Shown: positions 47,117 through 57,579 of the stretch, one piece after another
Layout: every line of letters begins with the position of its first letter
Position numbering within the stretch: the first letter of the stretch is position 1
Source of the DNA: Bacteroidales bacterium
GTDB lineage: Bacteria; Bacteroidota; Bacteroidia; Bacteroidales; JAHJDW01
Assembly: GCA_041671145.1 (NCBI GenBank)
Contig: JBAZBZ010000011.1
Coordinates: 6,255 to 70,254 of the forward strand
Length of the DNA: 64,000 bases
Reading direction: 5' to 3'
The notes under the pieces: model-generated
Databases searched by the model: none
What the model saw: only the letters and a program-made list of their open reading frames with translations
Told to the model about the DNA's origin: nothing
Program-made: the position numbers and the translations under genes

Positions 47117-47614
47117 TTATTTCGACTTGGTAATTATTAAATATACAGCAAGCGCAATACAGATAATAAGAATGCATGTAATTGCAATATTCCAGAAATC
47201 GTGCCCTCTTCCTCCTCTCGGTGCTGCTTTTGTATCAGATTTTTTCACATCCTGCTTGTAATTTTGTTTTTTTACATCATTAGAATTTGAAACTGAAAGT
47301 TTTTTTGTTGCTTTTTTTAAAATAAAAGGAATTAATGCTTCTTCGTGAGAAGTTGAAATGCTATTTTTATTTTCAGGAATATATGAAAGTAAATCGTTGT
47401 TCTTATCTGGAACATAATTTTCATCTTCTGCTGTAATTACTTTAGATTTTTCTGGTATTTTATTGCTGTTGCAATAATTTGCTCCGTCGCTGTTTACAGC
47501 AGCTTTCTGAAGTTTGTCATATCTTTTTTGTGTAAATTGCTTTTCATGCGAGCAAGATGCAATCAAAAAAAAGCAAACTGAAATTGAAATTAATCGTAAT
47601 GCTTTATTTTTCAT
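47117..47614 (-). CDS. hypothetical lipoprotein with C-terminal TM helix
   Basis: Lipobox LIASC. Low-complexity middle region. C-terminal hydrophobic helix. Confidence 0.4.
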   Translation of the reverse strand: MKNKALRLISISVCFFLIASCSHEKQFTQKRYDKLQKAAVNSDGANYCNSNKIPEKSKVITAEDENYVPDKNNDLLSYIPENKNSISTSHEEALIPFILKKATKKLSVSNSNDVKKQNYKQDVKKSDTKAAPRGGRGHDFWNIAITCILIICIALAVYLIITKSK

Positions 47615-47753
47615 CTTTAATTTATTTTAAAAGTTTATAAAAAAAATAATTCAGCGAAACATTATGTTCCTACAAATGTAAAATAATAATTTATTATATC
47701 AACACTTTTTATGTTACCTCATTTTACTTAATTTTGCCTGATAAAGTAATTTT

Positions 47754-49628
47754 ATGCGAGTTGCAATAAAATATTTTCTGAAATTCTTTATTTTCTGGTA
47801 CATTTTCTTTTTTATGCAAAGAATAATTTTTCTGCTTTTCAGCTTTAAAATGCTCAAAAATGTTTCTGTTCAGGAAATCTTATCATGCAATTATTACTCT
47901 ATTGGCGTTGATATTTCAGCAATATGCTATTTAATTGTTTTTCCGGTATTATTTTTTATAATCTATTTATTTATTGCAAAAAATATATTTCTTAATATAA
48001 TAAATAGCATTACCATAATTTTAATAATTCTTAATATCCTTGTTGGTGCAGCTGACATAGGGCTTAATTTATCGTGGGGTTCGAAAATAAATGCAATGGC
48101 AATGGAAAGTTTTAGATATCCGCGTGAGGCATTCGGACTTATTTTTTCAAAAGAACATTTACTTTTATTTATTCTTATTATTCTTCAAAGTTTTATCTGG
48201 ATTTATTTTTATTCGCAATTTATTTATTTTAAGAATAGCATTAATTTAAATATTTTCAAAAAAATATTATTTTCTGTTTTGTTGATTTTTCTTTGTATTA
48301 CAGGCATCAGAGGCGGATTGCAGAAATATCCTATAAGTAAAAGCTGGGCTTACTATTCGACAAATTCAACTTTAAATAATGCTTCACTTAATGGATTTTG
48401 GAATTTTGCAGAAATATTTTTCAAGAAACAGGTTACAAAAAATCCATATAATTATTTTAATCAAAAAGAAGCTGATAAAATTATTAAAGAATTATATCCC
48501 TATATAAAAGATACGACAGAAATTATAATAAATACAAATCGTCCAAATATAATTTTAATACTTATTGAAAGCTTAAGTGCCGATGCAGTAGGGTGTTTAG
48601 ATGGTGAAAAAAACATTACCCCGCAAATTGATTCATTAAGTAAATCGGGTTATCTTTTTACTGATTTTTATGCAACAGGATTTCGTACCGACCAGGGTTT
48701 AGTTGCTTTGCTTAGCGGTTTTCCGGCACAGCCCCAAAATTCAGTAATTAAAGATTTCGGAAAATTCGAAAAACTTCCTAATCTCATTTCTGTTTTGAAA
48801 AATAAAAATTATTATACTTCATACTATTGCAGTGGAAAATTATGGTTTGCAAATACCGATGTTTACCTTAAAACCGCCGGAATTGATAAACTTATCGGAG
48901 AAAATGACTTTAACATTAAAAGAAAAACATTGTGGGGGGCTTATGATGAAGAATTATTTGATTTTCATTTGAGAGATATTAAAAACATAAAACAACCTTT
49001 TTTCTCAATCATAATGACAAGCACATCCCACGAGTGGTTCGATGCCGATGTTGAAAATATTTTCGGCAATGATAATATTTGTGAGAAATATAAAAACACT
49101 ATTCACTACACCGATAAATGCTTATCGCAATACCTGCAAAAAGCAAAGCAACAGGAATGGTATAAAAATACTTTGTTCATTATTACAGCCGACCATGCTC
49201 ATTCATTCCCGAAATGCAGAAATTACAACGAAATTGGCAGACACCATATTCCATTTCTATTTTATGGCGATGTATTAAAAAAAGAATACCGTGGTGTGAA
49301 AAACAATAAAATTGCTTCGCATATTGATTTCGCTGCAACTCTGCTTTCACAGCTAAATATAAATTGCAGCAAATTCAGATTCAGTAAAAATATTTTTAAT
49401 AAAAATTCCGAAGGTTTTGCATTTTATACTTTCGACAACGGCTTTGGATTTATTGATAAAAACCAATCAGTTATTTTCGACCACAATCTTAATAAAACAG
49501 TTTATGAAAAAAATAAATTGCCTGCAATTCTCAATGAAAATAACTTAAACAAAGGAAAAGCACTTATGCAAAGTGTATTTCAGCAATATCTCGATTTATC
49601 AATAATGAAACGAACTCCTGCGTTTTAA
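47754..49628 (+). CDS. LTA synthase/sulfatase family membrane protein (alkaline phosphatase superfamily)
   Basis: About five N-terminal TM helices followed by a sulfatase-type domain (NIILILIESLSAD, TADHAH). Confidence 0.7.
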   Translation: MRVAIKYFLKFFIFWYIFFFMQRIIFLLFSFKMLKNVSVQEILSCNYYSIGVDISAICYLIVFPVLFFIIYLFIAKNIFLNIINSITIILIILNILVGAADIGLNLSWGSKINAMAMESFRYPREAFGLIFSKEHLLLFILIILQSFIWIYFYSQFIYFKNSINLNIFKKILFSVLLIFLCITGIRGGLQKYPISKSWAYYSTNSTLNNASLNGFWNFAEIFFKKQVTKNPYNYFNQKEADKIIKELYPYIKDTTEIIINTNRPNIILILIESLSADAVGCLDGEKNITPQIDSLSKSGYLFTDFYATGFRTDQGLVALLSGFPAQPQNSVIKDFGKFEKLPNLISVLKNKNYYTSYYCSGKLWFANTDVYLKTAGIDKLIGENDFNIKRKTLWGAYDEELFDFHLRDIKNIKQPFFSIIMTSTSHEWFDADVENIFGNDNICEKYKNTIHYTDKCLSQYLQKAKQQEWYKNTLFIITADHAHSFPKCRNYNEIGRHHIPFLFYGDVLKKEYRGVKNNKIASHIDFAATLLSQLNINCSKFRFSKNIFNKNSEGFAFYTFDNGFGFIDKNQSVIFDHNLNKTVYEKNKLPAILNENNLNKGKALMQSVFQQYLDLSIMKRTPAF

Positions 49629-49677
49629 TTTTCGATATTTTTTCTCTCTGTTCATGGCTCGCAGCTTATTACTTTTA

Positions 49678-50316
49678 CTATTCTTCATTATCATCTTCAT
49701 CTTCCCAATCATATTTTTCGCGTTGCGGTCCTTTTTTTCTAAAAATAATTGCAATAATAAAGCCTGAAATTGCTCCCATTAAATGGGCTTCCCATGAAAT
49801 ATCGGGAGGATAAAATTTAGGAAAAATTCCCCAAATCATTCCTCCATACATAAAAGTTATAAGCAAAGAAATTGCAAGCAATTTTGTACTTCTTCTGATA
49901 ATACCGCTGAAAAACAAAAAAGAACCGGTGGCATAAACCAATCCGCTTGCCCCGATATGACTTGCATCTCTTGCGAAAATCCACACAAGAATGTCGGTCA
50001 TAAAAAACAGCAAAATAAAAATCAGGAATGCAATTTCATAATAAAAATAAAACAACGCCCAAAGCATTAAAAACAAGGGGATGGAATTTGATACCAAATG
50101 CGATAAATTGGCATGAATAAAAGGAGATGTTATTATCCCTATTAATCCTTCTTTTGTACGAGGTATAATTCCATAACTTATAAAATTTAAATCATACGAA
50201 ACCTCAATGTATTCAACAATCCATATTGTTAAAACAAGGAACATCGGAAAAATCATGCTTTTAAATACCTTGTTATCCTTATTCATAAGAGAAGCAAATT
50301 TAATAAAATATTTCAT
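49678..50316 (-). CDS. rhomboid family intramembrane serine protease
   Basis: HANLSHL and GASG catalytic motifs in TM helices. Acidic C-terminal tail. Confidence 0.75.
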   Translation of the reverse strand: MKYFIKFASLMNKDNKVFKSMIFPMFLVLTIWIVEYIEVSYDLNFISYGIIPRTKEGLIGIITSPFIHANLSHLVSNSIPLFLMLWALFYFYYEIAFLIFILLFFMTDILVWIFARDASHIGASGLVYATGSFLFFSGIIRRSTKLLAISLLITFMYGGMIWGIFPKFYPPDISWEAHLMGAISGFIIAIIFRKKGPQREKYDWEDEDDNEE

Positions 50317-50493
50317 TGACTAAGCACAAAATCCAAATCGGTTTTTTATAAATTCTAAAAATATTACTGCAAATTCTAAATAAACTTAAGCTAATTCTAA
50401 AATATGCTTGATGCGATAATTTTATTGTTATTTATTTGTCGTTAAATAAAAAATATGCCACTAAGACACGAGGACATCAAGTATCACAAAAGC

Positions 50494-50535
50494 GTTTAGC
50501 AACTACTTGCGACTTAATACTTACGACTTGCGACT
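50494..50535. repeat. heptamer array (NNNNACT)
   Basis: gtttagc aactact tgcgact taatact tacgact tgcgact. Confidence 0.75.
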
Positions 50536-50638
50536 AATAATGTTAATATCTTAAACAAAAAGAAATTGATTAATTGATTAAAAATATTTTAATTTGTAAA
50601 ACAATAACAGGAAATTATAAACTGAAAACTAAATAATC

Positions 50639-51652
50639 ATGGCAAAAGAAGTAAATGAAACAAGCGAAAAAGTAAAAGCTCTTAATCTTACTATTGATAA
50701 ACTCGAAAAAACTTATGGCAAGGGAACTATAATGAAATTGGGAGACAATGCGATTGAAGCGGTAGAAGTTATTTCCACGGGCTCGTTGTCACTTGATGTT
50801 GCATTAGGAGTTGGCGGATTACCAAAAGGAAGAGTAGTTGAGATATATGGTCCTGAATCGTCAGGGAAAACCACTCTTGCGCTGCATGCAATTGCAGAGT
50901 CGCAGAAGAAAGGCGGAATTGCAGCATTAATTGATGCCGAACATGCTTTCGATAGGTTTTACGGACAAAAGCTTGGCGTTGATGTTGAAAATCTTTTAAT
51001 TTCCCAGCCCGATAACGGGGAACAAGCGCTGGAAATTGCCGATAATCTTATACGTTCCGGAGCAATTGACATTCTTGTAATTGACTCGGTTGCGGCACTT
51101 ACACCTAAAAGCGAAATTGAAGGCGAGATGGGCGATTCAAAAATGGGACTTCATGCGCGACTTATGTCGCAGGCATTACGTAAGTTAACTGCTACTATCA
51201 GCAGAACAAAATGTTGTTGCATTTTCATCAACCAGCTTCGCGAAAAAATAGGGATTATGTTTGGCAATCCTGAAACAACAACCGGAGGAAATGCATTAAA
51301 ATTTTATGCATCCATTCGTCTTGACATAAGAAGAATAAGCCAGATAAAGGAAGGTGAAATTGCTGTCGGTAACAGAGTAAAAGTTAAAGTTGTGAAAAAT
51401 AAAGTTGCTCCTCCTTTCCGAATTGCAGAATTTGATATAATTTTTGGTGAAGGCATTTCCAAAGTTGGAGAAATAATTGACATTGGAGTAGATAATAACA
51501 TAATCAAAAAAAGCGGTTCATGGTTTAGTTACAAAGACACCAAACTCGGACAAGGACGCGATGCCGTCAAGCAAATCATGAACGACAATGTAGAACTTGC
51601 AGAAGAAATTGAAAGTAAAATAAAAGAAGTTCTTGCTGCAAAAGCTAATTAA
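50639..51652 (+). CDS. recA: recombinase RecA
   Basis: [13 protein letters not shown] Walker [15 protein letters not shown] and [10 protein letters not shown]. Confidence 0.97.
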   Translation: MAKEVNETSEKVKALNLTIDKLEKTYGKGTIMKLGDNAIEAVEVISTGSLSLDVALGVGGLPKGRVVEIYGPESSGKTTLALHAIAESQKKGGIAALIDAEHAFDRFYGQKLGVDVENLLISQPDNGEQALEIADNLIRSGAIDILVIDSVAALTPKSEIEGEMGDSKMGLHARLMSQALRKLTATISRTKCCCIFINQLREKIGIMFGNPETTTGGNALKFYASIRLDIRRISQIKEGEIAVGNRVKVKVVKNKVAPPFRIAEFDIIFGEGISKVGEIIDIGVDNNIIKKSGSWFSYKDTKLGQGRDAVKQIMNDNVELAEEIESKIKEVLAAKAN

Positions 51653-51658
51653 CATAAT

Positions 51659-52696
51659 ATGAGAAATTTATTTTGTGTTTTTATTTTATTATTTTTCATT
51701 TCCTGCGGAAATAATGGCAAGGAAAAAGAAAAAAACAGAACAAATTCCAAAGACACAATTACCGCAAAATTTGATGATTTAAATAAAAAAATAGAAGAAA
51801 GTCCTACCAATATTGATTTATATTTCGAGAGGGCAAAACTTTACGTATTAATGCAGGATGCTGGCAAAGCACTTGAAGATATGAGAAAAGTTCTTACTGT
51901 TGATACTAACAAAGCCAGCTATTTTTATACACTTTCCGATATCTATTTCATGATTGGTAAGGCAAAAGCATCTAAATCAGCTCTTGAAAAGTGTATTTCT
52001 CTTGACCCTAAAAACACTGATGCTATTTTAAAACTTGCTGAGCTGCATTTTTATTTCAAAGAATATCCCGAAGCTATTGAATGTACAAGCAAAGCGCTTA
52101 AAGTAGATAAATTTCTCGCAAAAGCATATTTTATAAAAGGAATGATATACAAGGAAAACGGTGATACCGCAACTTCAGTTAAATGCTTTCAGATAACAAC
52201 CGATATGGACCCGAAGTATTTCAAGGCTTATGAGGAATTGGGGTTGTTATTTTTTAAAAAGAAAAATAAACTTGCTTTGGATTATTTTGAAAATGCGTTG
52301 AAAATAAATCCTAAAAGTATTGACATTTATTATGATGTCGCTATGTTTTATCAGGAAACAAAAAATTATAAAAAAGCTATAGAAACTTATTTTGGCTTAT
52401 TGCAATTAGACCCGAAATATAAAAATGCTTATTACAATATCGGTTATATAAATCTTCTGTTTTATAAAGATTATAAGGAAGCGATAAATCAATTTACGAA
52501 AGCCATACAAGTTGATTCGGCATACTCAGAGGCATATTACATGAGAGGTTTATCGTATGAGGAATCGGGTGATAAAAAAAATGCTTACATGAATTATCTG
52601 AAAGCAAATATGCTTAAAACAAATTTTGAAGAAGCAATTGAAGGCATAAACAGAATCGAAGGACATAAAAAAATAAATCCAAAAAAGCATAAATAA
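51659..52696 (+). CDS. TPR repeat lipoprotein
   Basis: Lipobox ISC followed by successive TPR units. Confidence 0.7.
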   Translation: MRNLFCVFILLFFISCGNNGKEKEKNRTNSKDTITAKFDDLNKKIEESPTNIDLYFERAKLYVLMQDAGKALEDMRKVLTVDTNKASYFYTLSDIYFMIGKAKASKSALEKCISLDPKNTDAILKLAELHFYFKEYPEAIECTSKALKVDKFLAKAYFIKGMIYKENGDTATSVKCFQITTDMDPKYFKAYEELGLLFFKKKNKLALDYFENALKINPKSIDIYYDVAMFYQETKNYKKAIETYFGLLQLDPKYKNAYYNIGYINLLFYKDYKEAINQFTKAIQVDSAYSEAYYMRGLSYEESGDKKNAYMNYLKANMLKTNFEEAIEGINRIEGHKKINPKKHK

Positions 52697-52708
52697 AATA
52701 ATTAATAA

Positions 52709-53458
52709 ATGAGAAAGCTTGGTATCATTGGTGGTTCAGGATTAGAAAATCTGAATATTTTTCAAAATGCAAAAGAAAATGAAATTGATACACCCTACGG
52801 CAAACCGAGTTCATCAATATTAACTGGTACTATCGAAGGAGTTGAAGTTGCCATACTTTCTAGGCATGGAAGAACACACTGCATTCCTCCAACTCAGATA
52901 AATAACAGAGCAAACATTAATGCGCTAAAGCAAATTTCCTGCACACACATTTTTGCAACAACCGCATGCGGAAGTTTAAGAGAGGAAATTGGCAGGGGAC
53001 ACATTGTTTTCCCCGACCAGTTTATTGATTTTACGCGACACCGCGCTGTTTCATTTCACGAAACATTTGAAAACGGCAATCTTGCCCACACTCCAATGGC
53101 AGAACCATTTTCAAAAGAGCTTAGAAATATTTTATGCAATAAAGCAAAAGAATTAAAATTAAAGTTTCATCAGGCAGGAACCGTAATAACAATAGAAGGA
53201 CCGAGATTTTCAACAAGGGCGGAATCAAATATGTTCAGATTATGGAATGCAGATATTATAAATATGTCAACTGCTCCTGAATGTATTCTTGCAAATGAAG
53301 CCGGTATTCCTTATGCCGCTATCGCCCTCAGCACCGATTACGATTGCTGGAAAACCGATGAAGCACCCGTTACATGGGAAGAAGTTCTGAAAGTATTTAA
53401 TCGGAACATCGCAAATGTTACTGATTTATTGATTAACGTGATTAAAGCATTCCGATAG
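52709..53458 (+). CDS. mtnP: S-methyl-5'-thioadenosine phosphorylase
   Basis: LGIIGGSG, LSRHGR.H, GPRFSTRAES and NMSTAPE motifs. Confidence 0.85.
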   Translation: MRKLGIIGGSGLENLNIFQNAKENEIDTPYGKPSSSILTGTIEGVEVAILSRHGRTHCIPPTQINNRANINALKQISCTHIFATTACGSLREEIGRGHIVFPDQFIDFTRHRAVSFHETFENGNLAHTPMAEPFSKELRNILCNKAKELKLKFHQAGTVITIEGPRFSTRAESNMFRLWNADIINMSTAPECILANEAGIPYAAIALSTDYDCWKTDEAPVTWEEVLKVFNRNIANVTDLLINVIKAFR

Positions 53459-53483
53459 CTACAATCCGAATATTTCAGGCAAA

Positions 53484-55010
53484 TTATTTTTTTCTTTTTT
53501 TTAATTGATAATTTCCTTTCTTTTTATTTTCAGCAGTAACATTTTTTTTGGAAGGGCTTATTGATTTATACCAGAAGTATAAGCTAATTACAGAGGCAAT
53601 AAACAAAAACATCCAGAAATATATTCCCGTTTCGGGTTTTACATTAAGTACTATTGTTAAAAGATTATTTGCATTAAATCTGTGAGCAGTAAATTCGGGA
53701 ATTATGATACTTGAAAAAGTATTTGAAAATTCATTGCTTTTCTGAAAGTAATCGGGTACCATGTATACCAAAGTTGATTTTGCATACCAAGAACTGATAA
53801 TGCCAAATAAAGCAAATCCGATAAAAACAAATATGTTTACTTTGGTTTTTGAAATAAATATTAATCCTTCGTATAGCAAAACTATTGCAAGTACAATCAA
53901 ATATCTCGGCCCGTATGACCATCCTCCCCACCAAACAAAATATGAAGAGATGATTAAAAAAAATACAATACTGAATATAAAAAGATAATTTGTTTTGATT
54001 TTATTTATGAATTTTTCATCTTTAATAATGGATTTAATAATAAAAAATAGGACTATAAGAAGCGTAGGAACAAAAATAAATAATCCCATTGAGCCGCTAA
54101 AAGACAATCCCCATAACGCTTCGATTGAAGGTAATTTGAATCCATAATTGTGACCAACTTCTTTGTAAGCTTCTAACGCATTGTATGCTATAAGCATTTT
54201 AAAAGGGTAGCCGGTTATAAACCAATTATAAATAGAGATAATAATTATTGAAGGTAGTGTTCCGAGAGCAAAATAGAAAGGAAATTTTATTTTTTTTTCT
54301 TTAATAAGAATAAGAATACACCAGATTGGAGCAGCAATTAAAATAGGATATTCACACAAGAAGCTTAATCCCAGAAAAACGCCTGATAAAAAATATTTTT
54401 TTTCTTTTAGTTCAATGTAGCTTAACAAAAGGAATAATCCTGCTAATATATGATTAAAATATGTACCCGAAAAAACAAAAATAAACGAACCGTAAAATGC
54501 AAGCATTACCAATAATACCGGAGAAAATGATGGTTTGAGTTTTCTTAATGCTAAAAAAGTGAGCGTAATTATTATAACAAAAGGCAGCGAACCGAAAAGA
54601 AAACCTCCGAGGATAAGAAGAGGAATAATTTCAGGGAACATAAAATCGCGTGAGTCATATTTTCCAATCGGACGCCACACGTAAACAGGAAATTTTTTTC
54701 CAGCATCTTTGCTCACTTTAGTCAATCCAGCTAATTTGATGAATTCATAAAATGGTATTGCCAGAAGTGTTGGCAACGGTGCTTTATCTGAATAAAAATG
54801 ATTTCCGACTTTGCTTTTATCAATTGTTTGGTCGGCGTATTTATCAATTATAAGAGTTCTGCTTTCGGAAAAAGTTAAAACAGGCAATGCCCGGGAAACA
54901 GGATTTGGCGTAGGCCATATATCAATAAAATATGAAGATAAAAAAAGATTTACAATGAAGAAAACTATTATAAAAACCTTCCATTTTCTTTTATCATCAA
55001 CTGTTTTCAT
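53484..55010 (-). CDS. polytopic membrane protein, possible GT-C (PMT_2/ArnT-like) glycosyltransferase
   Basis: More than 10 predicted TM helices. First-loop motif YSDKAPLPTLLAIPFY resembles the DKPPL loop of PMT_2-type transferases. Confidence 0.45.
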   Translation of the reverse strand: MKTVDDKRKWKVFIIVFFIVNLFLSSYFIDIWPTPNPVSRALPVLTFSESRTLIIDKYADQTIDKSKVGNHFYSDKAPLPTLLAIPFYEFIKLAGLTKVSKDAGKKFPVYVWRPIGKYDSRDFMFPEIIPLLILGGFLFGSLPFVIIITLTFLALRKLKPSFSPVLLVMLAFYGSFIFVFSGTYFNHILAGLFLLLSYIELKEKKYFLSGVFLGLSFLCEYPILIAAPIWCILILIKEKKIKFPFYFALGTLPSIIIISIYNWFITGYPFKMLIAYNALEAYKEVGHNYGFKLPSIEALWGLSFSGSMGLFIFVPTLLIVLFFIIKSIIKDEKFINKIKTNYLFIFSIVFFLIISSYFVWWGGWSYGPRYLIVLAIVLLYEGLIFISKTKVNIFVFIGFALFGIISSWYAKSTLVYMVPDYFQKSNEFSNTFSSIIIPEFTAHRFNANNLLTIVLNVKPETGIYFWMFLFIASVISLYFWYKSISPSKKNVTAENKKKGNYQLKKRKK

Positions 55011-55194
55011 AATTTAAACTCTGTAAATTAAAATATTTAAAAAGTGCTAAATTATTAAAATAGTGTGAAAATAAAAAGTCGTAAATATAAAGTCGTAAGA
55101 GAAAAATAGAGTTGCTGAAAATTTCACCACTTCATAAATTAAAAAAGGTAACCCTCCGAAAAAGATTACCTCATAATTTTATGATATTCGGGTA

Positions 55195-55542
55195 CTAAAT
55201 ATTTTCTTCTTTAATGCGGGCGCTTTTGCCTTTGAGTTTTCTTAAATAGAATATTTTTGCTCTTCTCACTTTACCGCGTTTGTTGACTTCAATTTCATCA
55301 ATAAACGGTGAGTTAAGGGGAAATATTCTTTCAACACCTACATTGCCCGATATTTTTCTCACTGTAAAAGTTTTTGATAATCCTGTGCCTTTTCTTTGAA
55401 GTACGGTTCCCTGAAATTGCTGTATGCGTTCTTTTGCACCTTCCTTTATTTTATAAGAAACGGTAATTGTATCTCCGGCTTTGAATGCGGGCAGGTTTTT
55501 TTTCTCTGATAATAAATCTTCAATTTCTTTAATCTTATCCAT
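55195..55542 (-). CDS. rplS: 50S ribosomal protein L19
   Basis: MDKIKEIE...[25 protein letters not shown]... Start at the ATG at 55542. Confidence 0.9.
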   Translation of the reverse strand: MDKIKEIEDLLSEKKNLPAFKAGDTITVSYKIKEGAKERIQQFQGTVLQRKGTGLSKTFTVRKISGNVGVERIFPLNSPFIDEIEVNKRGKVRRAKIFYLRKLKGKSARIKEENI

Positions 55543-55627
55543 TGCTGTAATATTTATATATATGTCTAAAAAAACGGAGTACAAATATATGGAATAATTT
55601 TGGAAAAACAGAAAAAAGTTAAAAAAA

Positions 55628-56305
55628 TCATTCTTTTAACAAATCGGGATAACGTTTTTTAGTTTTTTCAATTGCTTTTTCAGACCGCCATTTCTGGATT
55701 TCCTTATCGTTGCCCGATAGCAAAACATCGGGAACTTTCAGCCCTTTGTAGTCGGAGGGACGTGTATAAACAGGTGGGGATAGCAAATCGTCCTGAAATG
55801 AATCACTAAGAGCAGATGTTTCGTCTGATAAAACTCCAGGAATTATGCGGATAATGGCATCGCAAAGAATTGCAGCCGGCAGTTCACCTCCCGAAAGGAC
55901 ATATTTTCCTATCGAAATTTCTTTTGTAATAAAATTCTCACGTATTCTTTCGTCCACACCTTTGTAATGACCACAAAGTATGATTATATTTTTCAATGTA
56001 GATAAGTGGTTTGAAGTTTTCTGGTCAAGCAAATCGCCATCGGGTGTCATAAAAATAACTTCATCATATTTTCTTTTTTTCTTCAGATTTTCAATGCACT
56101 TTGCAATTGGTTCAACCATCATTACCATTCCTGCACCCCCACCATAAGAATAATCATCAACTTGCTTGTGTTTGGTCGAACTATAATCCCTGATGTCGTG
56201 AAAATAAATTCTTACTATTTTTTTTTTAATAGCCCTTTTAATGATTGAGTGTTCAAAAGGACTTTTCAGAAGTTTGGGAAATATTGTGAGAATATCTATT
56301 CGCAT
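55628..56305 (-). CDS. trmD: tRNA (guanosine(37)-N1)-methyltransferase
   Basis: [10 protein letters not shown]..., [13 protein letters not shown] and [10 protein letters not shown]. Start at the ATG at 56305. Confidence 0.9.
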   Translation of the reverse strand: MRIDILTIFPKLLKSPFEHSIIKRAIKKKIVRIYFHDIRDYSSTKHKQVDDYSYGGGAGMVMMVEPIAKCIENLKKKRKYDEVIFMTPDGDLLDQKTSNHLSTLKNIIILCGHYKGVDERIRENFITKEISIGKYVLSGGELPAAILCDAIIRIIPGVLSDETSALSDSFQDDLLSPPVYTRPSDYKGLKVPDVLLSGNDKEIQKWRSEKAIEKTKKRYPDLLKE

Positions 56306-56376
56306 TGACTTGAAAATTTTATTCACAAATATCAGTTTTTTTATCGACATTTTACTCATCAATTAATAAAATCTAA

Positions 56377-56384
56377 TACTTTTG
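56377..56384 (+). promoter_or_regulatory. -7 box TACTTTTG at the start of a ~310-nt leader before the USP-antiporter operon
   Basis: TAnnTTTG match. A second match (TATTTTTG) lies near 56443. Confidence 0.3.
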
Positions 56385-56703
56385 TGAAACTAATTAAAGC
56401 AATTGAAAAATTATGATATGTGAAGTATAAGATAACATATTGATATTTTTGTGTAACAGTTGTTGAGTGAGTGCTTGAGTTGTAAAGTTAAATTGATATT
56501 AATTATATGAAATATCCATGCAAACAAAAATAGGTTGTACAAACCGTAAATGATTAAAAATTCAGTGCTGTTTTCAACGAAGAAAGGCATGGATATTCGC
56601 GACCAGAATGTGTTTCGGTTGTGGGAGGGAGCAACTAAGAAGGTTAATAAACAAAACATCAAATTAACAGCAGCAATTTCAATCACTTACAAAATTTAAA
56701 CAG

Positions 56704-57576
56704 ATGAAAAACACCATAGAACCTGACTTTTTAAAGAAACATTTTAATAAAATAGCTGTTGCGGTTACGTTCTCAAGCCGTCTGGAGCCAATAATTGCAG
56801 AATCGGGCAGATTAAAAAAGATTGCCGACAGCGAATATTATTTTATTCATGTAGGACATAAAACATCTGAAAAGGAACAAATACTTGATGAACTTTTTAA
56901 AAAATATGAATTTGAAAAGGCAAACATTATATGGGGTACTGGGAATAAAGTTAATGCAATACTTGATATTTGTGAAAGCATGAAAATCGAGCTTCTTATT
57001 GCCGGTGCATTATCAAGGGAAACAATGCTGCAATATTATATTGGTTCTGTAGCGAGGCAAATTATCAGAAAGTCATATTGCTCCGTTTTATTGCTCAGCG
57101 AACCTGCAATTTCACCACGTCCGTACAAAAGAATTGCAATAAATTTTTCAGAAGAAAGGGATAACGAAACTTTGGCTTTAATAGGAATTTCAATTGCTGT
57201 TTCTCATAAATCAGAAAAAGTTTTTCTGACAAAAGAAACAGATGCCAACCGTTTTAAATTGCTTCTTAATAAAGACCTTTCTGAAGCGGAACTTAAAGAA
57301 ACCCAAAAAGAAATCATAAAAGAAGAAAATGAAGTTTTTGATAGTTTATTGAAAAAGATTGAAAAATTTGACGTAGGTGAATTGGATATTTCATCAAAAC
57401 TACTTTATGGTAAACCGGGAAGTGAAATAAGAGATTTTGCTCTTGAAAACAGGGTGGATTTTCTTGTTATACATTCACCTTATAAAAAACTTAATCTGAT
57501 TGACAGAATTTTTCAGCATGACTTGGAATATTTACTTGAAAACTTACCATCGGATATATTGATGGTTCATTCGTAA
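56704..57576 (+). CDS. tandem universal stress protein domain protein
   Basis: Two USP-like halves (...LLIAGALSRE..., ...DFLVIHSPYKK...). 3 nt upstream of the antiporter gene. Confidence 0.7.
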   Translation: MKNTIEPDFLKKHFNKIAVAVTFSSRLEPIIAESGRLKKIADSEYYFIHVGHKTSEKEQILDELFKKYEFEKANIIWGTGNKVNAILDICESMKIELLIAGALSRETMLQYYIGSVARQIIRKSYCSVLLLSEPAISPRPYKRIAINFSEERDNETLALIGISIAVSHKSEKVFLTKETDANRFKLLLNKDLSEAELKETQKEIIKEENEVFDSLLKKIEKFDVGELDISSKLLYGKPGSEIRDFALENRVDFLVIHSPYKKLNLIDRIFQHDLEYLLENLPSDILMVHS

Positions 57577-57579
57577 AAC

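Noticed and set aside
56411-56686. 91-aa minus-strand ORF in the trmD-USP spacer
   Set aside because: It has no recognisable motifs and a hydrophobic low-complexity translation. It spans the putative leader and promoter region of the USP operon and is more likely non-coding.
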